From Pristiophorus japonicus (Eukaryota), in assembly GCF_044704955.1 (NCBI RefSeq), contig NC_091999.1, positions 34,844,001-34,908,000 of the forward strand: a DNA stretch of 64,000 nucleotides. Direction: 5' to 3'. This document shows, one piece after another, positions 1-12,365 of the stretch (its first letter is position 1; each line of letters starts with the position of its first letter). The position numbers and the translations under genes were made by a program. Below the pieces are notes generated by a model. It made no database searches and was not told the origin of the DNA. It saw only the letters and a program-made list of their open reading frames with translations.

Positions 1-194
1 ATTCTATGTTATCTGTGTCTGTGCCCAGCTCCCAAGGCCTTTGGTCTATGAATTGGAACATTTGCCTCTCTGCGGAAGGCATCCCACACATGCTTCCCAC
101 ATTCTGAAAAACAGGCTGTGGGATCCATTTAAAAAATATGTTAACTCCATTTTAAAAAATCACAATTATTATTATTAATTGTAATTACAATTTG

Positions 195-1140
195 TGATCT
201 GCCCTTTCAGTCTATTATGGGGTATCTTATCGAAGGCCTTTCGAAATCTAGATAAATTACATCTACTACATTACGTTAGTTTACGCTATCTGTTACTTAT
301 TCGAAAAATTCAAAGAATTTGGTCAATTCAAGACTTTCCCTTTTCTTATCCATGCTGACTATTCATTTTTGGTTTCTAGTTGTTCTTCCACTTTCTCCTT
401 TATTAGGGAATCCATTATTTTTCCTCCCAACGATGTTAAGTTGACTGGACGATAGTTCCTCAGATACGTTCTACCTCCCTTCTTAAAAATAGGTATTACA
501 TTAGGTATCTGCCAATCCTCCAGCACTGCACCTTATTCTAACGTAATATTAAATATGTTTATTAATGCCTCTGCTATCTCTTTTCTAGATGTAATTTGTC
601 CGAAGCCGGCATTTTATCCATTTTCGGTTTGATTAGTTGATATAATATTTTCCTCTTGTTATTTTAAATGCAGTTATTTCATTTCTAATATCATCCAATG
701 TCATGTCCACCTGTGTTCACTCCCTGATAAATACTAATTCAAAGTAATTGTTTAATATTTCTTCCTATCTCTGCCTGTGGACAACCTTCTGAGCCACGTA
801 CCTTGGTATGTATTGTGGATGTCCTCCACGCAATCTTTATCCTTATCGTTGGGCAGGAGCATTGTCTCATTCTCAGCCTCTTCTCATTTCTCGCTTCACG
901 GCACCCAATAAGCCACGGACTTTACTGAGCCTGCGCTTTTCTGTGGGATGTGACTGTTTTCTGGATTAAATCACTTCTCCTGTGTGTTTCAGAGTGTGTC
1001 GAACTTGCACTCCAGCCCAATTATCCTGAGCCAGAGAGAATAAAGCAGAGACATTTCCTGCAGATGTAGGAATGTGGGACAGATTTGATGTCCACAAACT
1101 CACACACATTACAGTCTCGACTTATTGCCTGCCCTGCCAT
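195..1140 (-). mobile_element. Degenerate CR1-type LINE fragments (ORF2 RT region and probable ORF1 region)
   Basis: Antisense similarity to CR1 RT sequence seen elsewhere in this window (e.g. ttatcgaaggcctttcgaaatcta = DF.KAFDK; gatgttaagttgactggacgatagtt = NYRPVNLTS). Boundaries approximate. Confidence 0.55.
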
Positions 1141-1826
1141 CTTTTGTTATTTTTTATAAATTTATTTGCTTATTTACGCACTGAATTAATTTAATTACTT
1201 TGTTTTTATTCAAATGGTTATTTATAATTATATTAATTAATTAGTAATTATAGTTAAATTATTAATTTAATAAAGTATTGTTATTGCTCCCAGGTCTTAG
1301 TGTGGACCAAACTTCGAGAAAAAAGGTAAAACTCACCAAACGTTCATCTACCTGCTGTATTTTGGAGGCCAAAGCAGCACCTCCTTCAACCATTGTTCCC
1401 ATTCAAACTCTCACCAAATTCCGTTTAATATCACTGTGCAGAACGCACTGTGCATCAGCAGTTAGTGTTTAGTTTTATACCATTGGAGCCACACACAATT
1501 TACAAGTGCTGTCTCAGCTCCATGCCCATTGCTCGCAGTAATTGGCACATATTTAAGACTAACACTTACAGCTGACTGATAGTTAACTACTACGAACAGG
1601 CAGTTTCTGCTAACTTCTGTTTTTAAAGTTCTAAGTTCAATTCAAAACGTTAATCCAAATGTCCCTTTTTACAGCTAATACTCAGCCAGACTCACCACGG
1701 ACTTACCACTGAATCTCACTTTCTCTCCGTTCCCAAGTTTAGCACTCTCTTTGTGCACTCCGTTTAAGATCAGGATGTGATGATAGAGAAAGCTCTGACA
1801 TGCTTTGCTGGGCCGAAATGGTCGGG

Positions 1827-2620
1827 GTGGGGAAGGTCGTTCTGTAAATTTGCAGTCCACAGGCAGATGGGCTGCTAAGTCCCAGCACCCCCAGGGAAAC
1901 CTCAGGGGAACCGCCTCAGACCAGTTTGCAGCCGCGAGTAACGAATGGCCTATTTCTGTGCTGCAGACATTAAGTAACTCTTTGTAAAGTGAGGTGTGAA
2001 GGAGAAGGGATGTCTGAAATGCGATTCTGGGTCAACTACAGACCAGGGCGTGGTCAGAAGGGCAGGTCTGTGATGTCACAATGCTCAGGCACAGTGTCAT
2101 GCGAGTTTCCCCGCTTTATTACATCACACATACTGCAATACCTAGCAACAAAGCTCGTTACCACCCTCCCTGAACACTGCATATTATGGGCTATGTTTAG
2201 CACGGAGATTTTACAGAGAGTGAGGAGGAGCTGAGTTTAATGGGTGTCGAGTGTGTGCGGGGAACACTTCATCCTGCAGATCACCGCATTGTTCAGGCAA
2301 ACTTACAAAGGAACGTTATAGTGGTGAATGTCACTGGGATATACTCCGTCTGCAGGAGACCCTTTAATCCCAAAGGTAGATTATCTGAAACAAGGATACG
2401 TCACTGTCTCCGGGCGCTGGGGCTGCTCAGGTTAAACCCCACTGGGAGAAAAACACAAGGAGCCTGTAAAAGGATGAAAGCACTGACCTTTGAGCCTTTG
2501 AAACCTTCCCTCCCTGGCTGTTGTTTGGTCCCAGGCCATTTCCCCCCAGCTTTCCCTGGGAGTGCTGGGGACTGAGCGGCCCGCCCGTGGACTGAAAAGT
2601 AACAGAGCCACCTTCCCCGC
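1827..2620. repeat. Pair of ~90-bp imperfect inverted repeats (1827-1915 and 2532-2620)
   Basis: ggggaaggtcgttctgt..cagtccac..gtcccagcaccccagggaaa at 1827 matches the reverse complement of 2532-2620. Confidence 0.6.
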
Positions 2621-2885
2621 GCCGCTCCCTTTGGGTAAACACATCCGACACGAGCCTGGCGGTCGGTAGCTATATAAATCCGTCCCAGGCCGCAGCAGAC
2701 ATCTTAGCGGGGATAAAACCTGCAGGAGTCCAGCGGGACTGATCTCCGTGGACTTCCCCACCTCTATCATTTTTGTTAGTCGCTGAATCCGCGCGGTGAA
2801 AGATGAAAACAGGCCTAACTGTGTGTGTATAACAGAGATGAGCGGATTGGGCAGAACACCCGCCCAAAACATTGTGTGATTCTTA

Positions 2886-3784
2886 TTATTTAATACATTT
2901 AACAATTACAGTAAAGGGATATTTCACCACATTCTTCAACTCCTCTCTGAATTTCGACTGGGTCACGGCATAAATACATGTGTTGGTGCAGCAACTCAGG
3001 AGCTGAAGCATAAATCCAATTTCCTGTACATATTGAGGTAGATATACAGGAATAAAGTTTAACAAATACAATCGTTCAACCACAGAATATAAGAGAAACA
3101 CTGCCCATAGCAGGATAAAATTGCCGGATATAACAAACAGTAAAATGATGGATTTCCTTCGATTCTCCATCTCTGGGTCACTGGGAATCTCCCCACTGCT
3201 GTGGGCCCTGAGTCTCCTGCGGGCTCTGCTCGATACTAAAACTTGTCTGACAGTTAAAGTATTGAGCAGAAGGATCAGAACAAATGGAATAAACGGTGTT
3301 ATAATATAATGAAGGAATTCAATTACTGCCCATGATAGTGACTCAGAGACTTCCCATGTAACAAAACAAAACCAGCTACCATTGGAAATCTGATACATAC
3401 CTCCATACATAAAGTACCAGAAAGTGTTCTTTACACAGAACAGCGCACTCAGTGTTCCTATAGCCACAGTCGCCGTTTTCTCGGTGCAATATTTGGTTTT
3501 GAGCTTCTGACAACAAATGGCTATACATCGATCAAAGGTAAAAGCAACTGTGAACCAGACGGAACAGTCTGTGACTGCGTAAAGCAGGATGGCATGGATA
3601 TTACACACTTTACTCTTCCACATGAACTCAAACGCGGTTGAATAAAGAATAGGAATCTGCCTGGATATCAGGTCGAGGATAACGACCAGTAGATCTGCCG
3701 CTGCCATTGCCACCAGGTAACGGCTGACACACTTGGAGAGACCGCACCTTCCTCGAGACAGGATCATTATCGTCACTAAGTTCA
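2886..3784 (-). CDS. GPR139/GPR142-like class A GPCR, coding exon 2
   Basis: Open frame with TM1-TM7: VNLVTIMILSRGRCGLSKC, LVAMAAADLLV, FTFDRCIAICC (DRY equivalent), SCCTNTCIY (NPxxY equivalent). Preceded by a polypyrimidine tract and AG acceptor (tttctctttcttgcag), phase 1. Confidence 0.92.
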
Positions 3785-3889
3785 CTGCAAGAAAGAGAAA
3801 AACAGGGAATTTATATTTCAGATTGAGAGCAACTTCAGCTGTCTCAAAGAATTATGTGTGAAATGTGTCAGGATTAAATGAACTATCCA

Positions 3890-4210
3890 ATGGGACGTGT
3901 GGTGTTTGGATCAGGACTGATTACACCAGCGGATGGGACGTGTGGTGTCTGGGTCAGGACTGATTACACCAGCGGATGGGTCGTGTGGTGTTTGGGTCAG
4001 GACTGATTACACCAGCGGATGGGACGTGTGGTGTTTGGGTCAGGACTGATTACACCAGCGGATGGGTCGTGTGGTGTTTGGCACAGGTATTGAAAGAACC
4101 AATATATGGGACGTGTGGGTGTCGGGGCAAGGACTGAATGTACCAATGGATGGAACGTGTGGGCGTTGGCTCTGGACTGAATGTACCAGTGGATGGGATG
4201 TTTGGGTGTT
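3890..4210. repeat. ~42-bp minisatellite in the GPCR intron
   Basis: Repeated ggtgtttgggtcaggactgattacaccagcggatgggacgtgt. Confidence 0.85.
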
Positions 4211-4399
4211 GTGACAGCGAGTGAGTGAAGCGGTGGTTGTGATGTGTGGTTGCTGGGTCATGACTGAAAGAATTAATGTGTTGGACTTTTGCCGGGATGT
4301 TAAAGCGCTGAATGAGACTAATATATAACGCCATATCCAAGTCAGAGTGAGCAATAATTCAGCACAAGAAGCCGCGAGTTTGTCAATAACCTGTGTCCA

Positions 4400-4620
4400 T
4401 TGAGGGGAATAGAGTCATTGTCCAGGGATGGGAATGTAGTCTGGGGACAGCGAGGGGAATGGAATCTGTGTCCAGGGAGGAGAATGGAGTTGTGGGCCAA
4501 GGGAGGAATGGAGTCTGTGGCCAAGAAAAGGAATGGAGTCTGTACAGGGAGGGGAATGGAGTCTGTGGCCAAGGTGGGGAATGAAATTTGTTGCCAGAGA
4601 GGGGAATGGAGTCTTTGGCG
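4400..4620. repeat. ~25-bp degenerate tandem repeat
   Basis: Repeated gaggggaatggagtctgtggccaag. Confidence 0.75.
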
Positions 4621-5440
4621 AGATTATGGCGGTTGTGTCGAAGGCTGAAGAAGATGACTTGAATTGCATTATGTATCGAAATCAGAACCTTTCCAACCAT
4701 TGTATTGAAAGTACACTTTGTAACTGGCTTAAGCTGACTTTCCAAGAATATTGCAAATAATCTTTAAAGAAGGGACTGTCGCTTTACAATAGACTAATGA
4801 TGACCCATGTTGTATGATGTCACAGAGGATTTTCGAACGTGTCTGTTTACAGCTGGAACCATGTCAACCTGCTGCCTTTCACCTGGTGTGAGAAAGTTAC
4901 AGACTTCCAGTTGACAGAGAGAGTTTGAGACTGGAAATATCAAAATATTTCACAATATAGTGCTACATTTTGAATAGTTGCTACCGTGCGGCCCACACCG
5001 AGATCTCCTGAACTGTGGCTGAAAAAGGAAATAAATCAATTCAAGCACAACTGAATAAACATTTTACTGGAAGACGTATTGCAGTTTTAACCCTGTCCTG
5101 ATCATCTGGAATTAGTGACTGTGAGGCAGAGCGGGAGGCGGTGGAAATTACGACAACTCTCTATACCTGAATCATTAGTGGATAATGTCTCATATCTCAG
5201 TGTATTTGTGAAGGATCTCTCAACGCTGATTTCCACAGAGCAGTGTCATTAACAATAACCAGCGGTCCTTAAAACACGTATTACCTCTGAACACATATTT
5301 ATTATCCAACACTGGGCATCAGTGCAGAAAGCTGACTGCAAGCTGTTCAATAATATAATCGTTCACTAACATATCTTGTGTCAATAAAATCAAATTTCTG
5401 TCAAATCCTGTAAACCACTATCACTGGAAACAAGTTGCGG

Positions 5441-5772
5441 AAACAACACACTGTTTCTTGAACTGGGAGCAGTGAGTCAGCAAATTATCAAACATTACAT
5501 GACAGAAATTTCCGTGCATTGCCTGACACAGAACAAGAGGTTTAAATTGTGAAAACAACATACTGTTCATTGAACTGGGATCAGCGAATCAGCAAATCAT
5601 CAAACATTACATGACAGAAACTTCCGTGCATTGCCAGACACAGAAAATAGGTTTAAATTGTGAAAACAACATACTGTTCATTGAACTGGGAGCAGCAAAT
5701 TAACAAATGATCAAACATTACATGACAGAAACTTCTTTGCATTGCCAGACACAGAACAAGAGGTTTAAATTG
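5441..5772. repeat. Three tandem copies of a ~112-bp unit
   Basis: aaacaaca.actgtt..ttgaactggg...caaacattacatgacagaaa...aggtttaaattg starts at 5441, 5553 and 5664. Confidence 0.85.
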
Positions 5773-5860
5773 AATACAATTAATAACTAGAACTAAAGGA
5801 CAAGGACAGAAAATTAAGAGAAACATGGGTTACATAATTAATTGTAGATGAAGGTCTCAC

Positions 5861-5957
5861 CAGGAACACCAACTGCAGCGAGGAGCGGGTAATAAATACG
5901 TTCCACATTTAAAAGTGCCCACAGGATCCTAAGCTCAGTTGGAATCTCCCAGAACAT
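5861..5957 (-). CDS. GPR139-like GPCR, coding exon 1 (spliced protein ~331 aa)
   Basis: MFWEIPTELRILWALLNVERIYYPLLAAVGVP, 97 nt, followed by a GTGAGA donor in phase 1. It joins exon 2 in frame to give the family-typical YYP.LA.VGVPVN start of TM1. Confidence 0.88.
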
Positions 5958-6046
5958 GATTTGACTTTCTGTGACCTCCAATGAGAACTGTTCGTTTTAG
6001 ACAACAACTTCAGTCAAACATTGCTGTACAGGCTGAAAAAAATCCC

Positions 6047-6054
6047 TATTTATA
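6047..6054 (-). promoter_or_regulatory. Candidate TATA box of the GPCR gene
   Basis: TATAAATA on the minus strand, ~90 bp upstream of the exon 1 ATG. Confidence 0.5.
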
Positions 6055-6409
6055 GCCTGAGTGAACTCTCCAGTGAGACAATTAAACTGCACACTGAAGG
6101 ATATTAATCACAGTCACTGAATAAACAAGTTGTCCGAACCTTTTCTTTGCATCACTTTCAATTGCAAAATATCTTAAAAGCAACGTGGCTTTCAGATCAA
6201 ATAACTTTATCCAAAACCAATCACTATTGGTAAAAGCAGAAATAGTTAAGTCCACAGAATCACAGCATGCATGTGAAGGGAGCAGCTTCATTTAGGGAGT
6301 TTATATTATTACTGAGATATAAAATAACTCTGTAATTTCAGATTTTCAATTCACTTCTCGGCGTAACACAAGTGAAATAAAACAAATGGAAGGATAGATT
6401 ACTAAGTAA

Positions 6410-7400
6410 AGGTCAGTAACATACATGGGGACTGACAGTACAGTGCTAAGTAAGGATACATTGGCACTGATAATACAATGGTCAGTAAAGATATATGACG
6501 ACTGATCACACACTGGTCAGTAAAGATACATGAGGACTGATAATACAATGGTCAGTAAGTATACATAAGGACTGATAATACAGTGGTCAGTAAGGGTACA
6601 TGAGGACTGATAATACAATGGTCAGTAAGGGTACATGGGGACTGATAATACAGTGGTCAGTAAGGGTACATGAGGACTGATAATACAATGGTCAGTAAGG
6701 GTACATGGTGACTGTTAATATAATGGCGAGTAAGGATACATGGGACTGATAATACAGTGCTCACTAAGTGTACATACGGATGGATAATACAGTCGTCAAT
6801 TAGGATACATGGGGACAGATAATACAATGGTCAGTAAGGGTAAATGGGGACTGATAATACAGTGGTCAGTAAGGGTACATGGGGACTGATAATACAGTGG
6901 TCAGTAAGGGTACATGGGGATTGATAATACAATGGTCAGTAAGGGTACATGGTGACTGTTAATATAATGGCGAGTAAGGATACATGGGACTGATAATACA
7001 GTGGTCACTAAGTGTACATGCGAATGGATAATACAGTCGTCAATTAGGATACATGGGGACAGATAATACAATGGTCAGTAAGGGTACATTGGGAAGGATA
7101 ATAAAATGGTGAGTAAGGGTAGATGGTGACTGTTAATATAATGGTGAGTAAGGATACATGTGGACAGATAATACAGAGGTCAGTAAGGAGACATGGGGAC
7201 AGATAATACAGTGGTCACTAAGGGGACATGGGGCATATAATATATTGGTCAGTAAGGGTTCATGGGGACAGATAATACAGTGGTCCGTAAGGGCATATGG
7301 GGGCAGATAACATATTGGTCAATAAGGGTACATGGGGACAGATAATACAATGGTCAGTAAGGATACATATGTGCTGTTAATACAATGGTCAGTAAGGATT
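6410..7400. repeat. 35-bp minisatellite (~28 copies)
   Basis: Unit ggtcagtaagggtacatggggactgataatacagt. Confidence 0.92.
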
Positions 7401-7469
7401 CATGGCGACCTATGCCATGCAGATAGTCACACGCCATGCTATCGTTTATTTTACTCAGAGCATGAAATG

Positions 7470-9539
7470 GAGAGACTGGAGGTGAGGAAAGGCGATGAAA
7501 GGAGCAGAGAGGTGAGGTGGGGAGAAGAGAGAGGAAAGGAGGCGGGAGGGGAGTAGGCGAAAGGAGATGAGTGTGGAGGAGAGGAGAGGAGGGGAATAGG
7601 AGAGCAGAGGTGAGGGGAGGAGATGAGTGGAGTGGAGAAGAAAGCAGAGCAGAGTAGAGGATAGGAGGTGAGAGGAGAGGTTGGAGGAGGAAAGAGAGAA
7701 GATGAGCAGGAAGGGGAGGAGGGTTTAGTGGAGGAGAGGATAGAGGAGAGGGGAAGTAGAGAGGAGAGCAGAGCAGAGATGAGTAGAGGAAAGTTGATAA
7801 GAGGTAAGGAGAGGACAAGAGAGGAGAAAAGAGGGCAGAGGAGAAGATAGGAGAGGGGAAGAGAGGAGAGGAGGGGAATGGAGATGAGAGTGTAGGGGAG
7901 ATGGTAGGAGAGGAGAGTGGAATAGAGGTGGGGAGAAGGTAGGGGAGAGAAGAGAGATGAGAGGGGAGAGGAGGAGAGGAGCGGAACGCAGAAGGGAGGA
8001 ATGGAGTGAAGTGGAGAGGGGAGAGAGGATGCGAGGGAAGGAGAGTAGAGCAGAGGAGAGGGGAAGGGCGGCGGGAGAGTAGAGGAGAGACCATCAGAGG
8101 AGAAGAGAGGAAGAGAGTGGGGAGAGCAGGGGCGAGAAGAGATGAGAAGGGAGGGGAGGAGAGGGGAGAAGAGAGGGGAAGTGGGGAGGAGAATGGAGGG
8201 GAGAAGAGCTGTGGAGAGTCGAGCAACGGAGAGGAGAGTAGAGGAGATGAGAGGAGAGGAGAGAAAAGATGAAAAGGAGAGAGGAGGGTAGTAGATTAGA
8301 GGAGAGGAGAGGATGAGACATGGGACAAGAGAGGAGAGGAGAAAAGAGGGCAGGAGAGGAAAGAAGAGTGGGTAGTGGAGAGGTGAGTAGAGGTGAATGG
8401 AAAAGAGGGGTGGTGAAGTTAGGGGAGAGGAGAGGAGAGAGAAGACAATGAATGAGAGGAGGAGGTGAAAAGAGGGTAGAGGAAAGGAGAGCAGATGGGA
8501 GGAGAGGGTAGGAGGGCAAGGAGAGGAGTGGAGAAGAGAGGAGTGGAGATGGTACAGGAGAGCAGAGGGAACGAGAGGAGCGGGAAGGAGAAGAGAGGGG
8601 AGAACATCAGAGGACACAAGTTGAGGATAGGAGTTAAAATGAAAGGGGAGAAGAGGTGAGACGGAGGGGAGAGGGGAGAGGAGAAGAGTGGAGAATTAAG
8701 GGGAGCGGAGTAGAGATGATTGGAGTGGAGAGGAGAGTAGAGATAGAAGCGACTTGAAAACAGGGGGGAGGAGAGGATAGGGGAGGAGAGGAGATGATTG
8801 GAGATGAGAGAGCAGAGGAGAGGAGATGAGAGGAGATGAGAGGAGAATGGAGGAGAGGAAAGGGGAGGAGAAATGGGTCGGGTGAGGGGAGAATGGAATA
8901 GAGGCATGGAGAAGGTAGGCGAGAGGGGAGAAAATGAGGACATAAGAGAGTTGAGGAGAACAGCTGAAAGGGGAGGAGAGTTGTGGAAAGGCGGGGAGAT
9001 GGGAGAGGAGAGAGGAGAGAACGGGAAAACAGGTGAGTTGAGAAGTGGAGAGGAGAGAGGAGCAGATGGGAGAAGGGATGAGCCGAGTGGAGAGGATAGA
9101 GGAGGAGAGGGGAGAGGAGGAGAGAAGATGAAAGGAAAAGGAGGTGAGCAGAGGAGAGAGGAGATGAGAGGAGTGTGGAGGAGAGGGGAGGCGAGAGGAG
9201 GAGAGTTGTGGAGAGGGGAGGAAAAGAGGGACGAGCGGAGAGAGGAGGGTAGAGATGAGCAGGGAGGGGACGAGAGTGTAGGGGAGGAGAGGTGAGAAGA
9301 AAGCAGAGCAGGGGAGAGTAGAGGAATGGAGAGTAGATGTGATGAGAGGAGAGGAGAGGTAATTGGAGTGAAGAGGGGAGGGGATTAGAGGAGAGGACTG
9401 GGCAGGGGACAGGAGAGGGTAGTGGCGAGGATAGGAGAGGAGAATAGAGTAGAGGAGGGGAGAAGGCAGGGGAGAGGAGAGGAGATGAGCATAGGAGAGA
9501 TGTGAGGAGAGAGGAGAGGGGAGGGGTGAGAAGGGTAGG
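7470..9539. repeat. ~2-kb degenerate polypurine (GGAGA)n tract
   Basis: The + strand is almost entirely G/A. The S/P/L-rich and E/R/G-rich ORFs here are low-complexity artefacts. Confidence 0.95.
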
Positions 9540-10137
9540 TGTTGGGGTAAAAAGGAGGCTTCTCACCTTTAAGGTGGACTAACTGATGGAGCTAAACGAC
9601 ATCTCGCCCAGCTTCCCACTGTATAACGACCAAGGAAGTAAACAAACGAAACCTCAGGTTTATTGGTTTTATTACGAGCAATGCACGGGATGGTTCAATC
9701 TTGGAACCTCTGAAATAGAAGGGTTTTCAAGCATAATTTATACAGGTGTTGGAGAGGAGCTTTCCTCCTGCAAAATCATCGATAGTTCTATTGCTATTAG
9801 CGAAGTTACATTGATTTATTGACTCTTATCAGATGGGCTCTGAGTGGTACATGCAACAGCCCATCTCTCATCTTTGTTTTGTTCCATTTTGCCCTCTACC
9901 CCAGTATATCCGATGTCTGGTACGGTTGTCCTGGCTTCTTTATCTCTTCTCAGGGACTTGTAAAGAAAACTGCTGATATTGGCTGCTTAAGTCTTACTAA
10001 GGTTAAGCTATAATATACTGCGATTAAGCGTGTTATACCTTTATAAGCAAGTGTTACATACATAGGTAATTGATAAGTTCACAACCTTCAGCATAATTCT
10101 GACCCCATATCTACAACCTTATTATTTATCCTTTACG
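9540..10137 (-). repeat. ERV 3' LTR
   Basis: Starts tgttggggtaaaaaggaggcttctc on the + strand (so ends in CA on minus) and is ~80% identical by eye to 17339-17937. A purine-rich PPT (agggggaat on minus) abuts it at 10138-10146. Confidence 0.85.
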
Positions 10138-10399
10138 ATTCCCCCTAATGGCCCTTGGCTATATGCCCAAGATAGGCAATTTCGCAATTAATTCCACATG
10201 GGTGAGCTTCCAGGGGTGACCTTTTACTTGGGTAGTGCTACTTCCCGAGCTCCTGGACCTATCTGTTGGTTTGCCCATCAAGGTTATACTATGTATGTCC
10301 TTTCTGCCGGACAGTCTGATTTCCCTTTCTTCAATGTTTTATCCATAGTACGGACTAGGGCCTGCCTCTTACGTGTGTTACAGCTTTTTAAAGGATAAT

Positions 10400-12339
10400 A
10401 CTAGCAAGGTGAGTTCCCTTGCACTACAACCAGTACAATGAGTCCAGCATAGTTCGTGTATAAGTCCTTTCTAGCCAATATGTTCTCGGTGTTAGAATTA
10501 TGCCCCGCCTGGGGTATCCTCTCTTTCTTCTATTTTTCCTCCACTTGGGGTCTTCTCTATTGTACCGAATTCCTGCCCTGCCTGGGGTATCCTCTATGTT
10601 GACGAATGGTGTCCATTTCAGTCCAGTTTGTTTCTCTTTCAGTTGGAGTATTGGTTTTCCTTGTTGTCCGATGGCCTTCGCATAACCTCCTCAGGTAATG
10701 TCCATCATTGCCCCGAAGATCTTTCCTCCTTTAGCTCAGGGGTTGTAATAAACCCATTTATATCTGTCTCGTCAAGTGGAGTGAAGCAGAAGTCAATATC
10801 CATAATGGTGCATGACGTGTTCCTTTCTTCATTTCAGTTGCCGTGATGCTCACACATGAATCTCCATATCCTCGTGAAACAGCGATAATTTTGTAGTCCT
10901 GTGTTAGTGGGGGTGATGCTCAAGGTGCACCCGTCCACTTGGTTATATCCACAGTCATCTTTGATCATTCGTAGTAGATCTCGACATAAAGCAACTTGGT
11001 TATTTTTATAACAATCTACATATGCTGAGACTCTTAGTACTGTTGTTCTCTTCAATTAAATTTCTGTTTTTTCATCGTACCGCACACGAGTTTGATTCCT
11101 TTTTACTCCGACATTGTTTGGTGTAGAGTATCTACGATTGTCACATCATACTGTCATATAGATAATAAAAAATCTATTTAATGTGCGGTTACACAGCAGG
11201 CATTTGAAACCCAAGCATGACTGTTTCTCTGCACCTCGCAGGCATGAGTCATGTTTTTTCTAAGGTCGGTTGGTAAATATATCGACTGTTATCCAATCCG
11301 GCACCTTTCTATTCTGAAGCTGTTCAATGTTATGTTGTATTCCATTCAGCAACCATACTCCATATCCTATACATAATAGTTCTGTCTGTATGGTTTTACT
11401 TAAGTTCGTTTCTGCTCTTTTCATTTTTAGTTCTGGCGTGGTCTCGCAATGTGTGGGCCACTTTAATAATTCCCTTTCTGCGCCATTACCGAGTTGTGTC
11501 TGTAACTTTTCATGATCCTCATCCCTTTCCAGCAATCCCTGTAAGGTTTGTGTTTGGGCGTTAACTCGATCATCTATCGTGTCTGGCTCTATAGTGTTCC
11601 AACTCCCGCAACGTATCCCACCGTGTACCATTTCTAGAATCCCTCTTTTTCCCCTGTCCCGTTTTTTACCTGACCCTCTTTAGACAATAAATTTCATGGC
11701 TTTTGATTGAGGGCCTTTAAGTGCTCGCAGGGTCAGGTTTCTATACAGGCTTATACTGTTTAACCTGCAGGTGTTGGTGTTAGTTATATTGTTTAAATTT
11801 ACGAATACAGTAATTATTCGCTGACGTACCCTGAAGTGTATCTTATCCTTGGTCTGCCATAGCAATTTCTCTTTTGCCCCAGTGTTCACAGTTGGACAGG
11901 TTTGTGGCGCTAGGGGTGTGATGGTCGAGGTCCTGGTAATGCTCACTGTTGCTAAACTAGTGGATGGGGCCGTGTTGGTGGGTCTATCTCTGGAGATATC
12001 CCTCCACCACCATTCATAGATGTTAGTGAAATCTGCACCCCCTTCCCCGGGTGCAGTATGTTTGACCCTCCTGATTATAAAACACACCGCGGTCTTATTC
12101 CCACTAATTATGGTCCCGTATTATTGACACATCCCCAATGTTGTTTCGTTTCCTTGTTACGTTGTTTTATGCCCGTTATTTAACTCTACTGTTGTTCCGT
12201 CCGTCACCATCAGTGTTTTTGATGTTTTATTGAACTAATGTCGCCCAAGTCCCTGTAATACAGGCCTTGCCATCCCTCAGTCTGTTGTCCCTGATATGAG
12301 GCTGCGTTACTCCACGTTATTTCCACGAGCTCTTGAGTC
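10400..12339 (-). pseudogene. env: ERV env (fragmented, non-gamma type)
   Basis: Splice acceptor tgctttttgcag at 12340-12351. Thr-rich SU segment, furin site RGKR|GILE at 11655-11644, heptad-like WLLNGIQHNIEQLQ, Cys-rich ectodomain and hydrophobic GLIVLVVVQG near 10430. Confidence 0.7.
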
Positions 12340-12365
12340 CTGCAAAAAGCAATATTTTCCGGTCG

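Noticed and set aside
6410-7400. 35-bp repeat array resembling a CRISPR array
   Set aside because: The units are head-to-tail with no unique spacers, in a vertebrate context with no cas genes.
7354-9566. Long Ser/Pro/Leu-rich and Glu/Arg/Gly-rich ORFs
   Set aside because: They are translations of the (GGAGA)n low-complexity tract.
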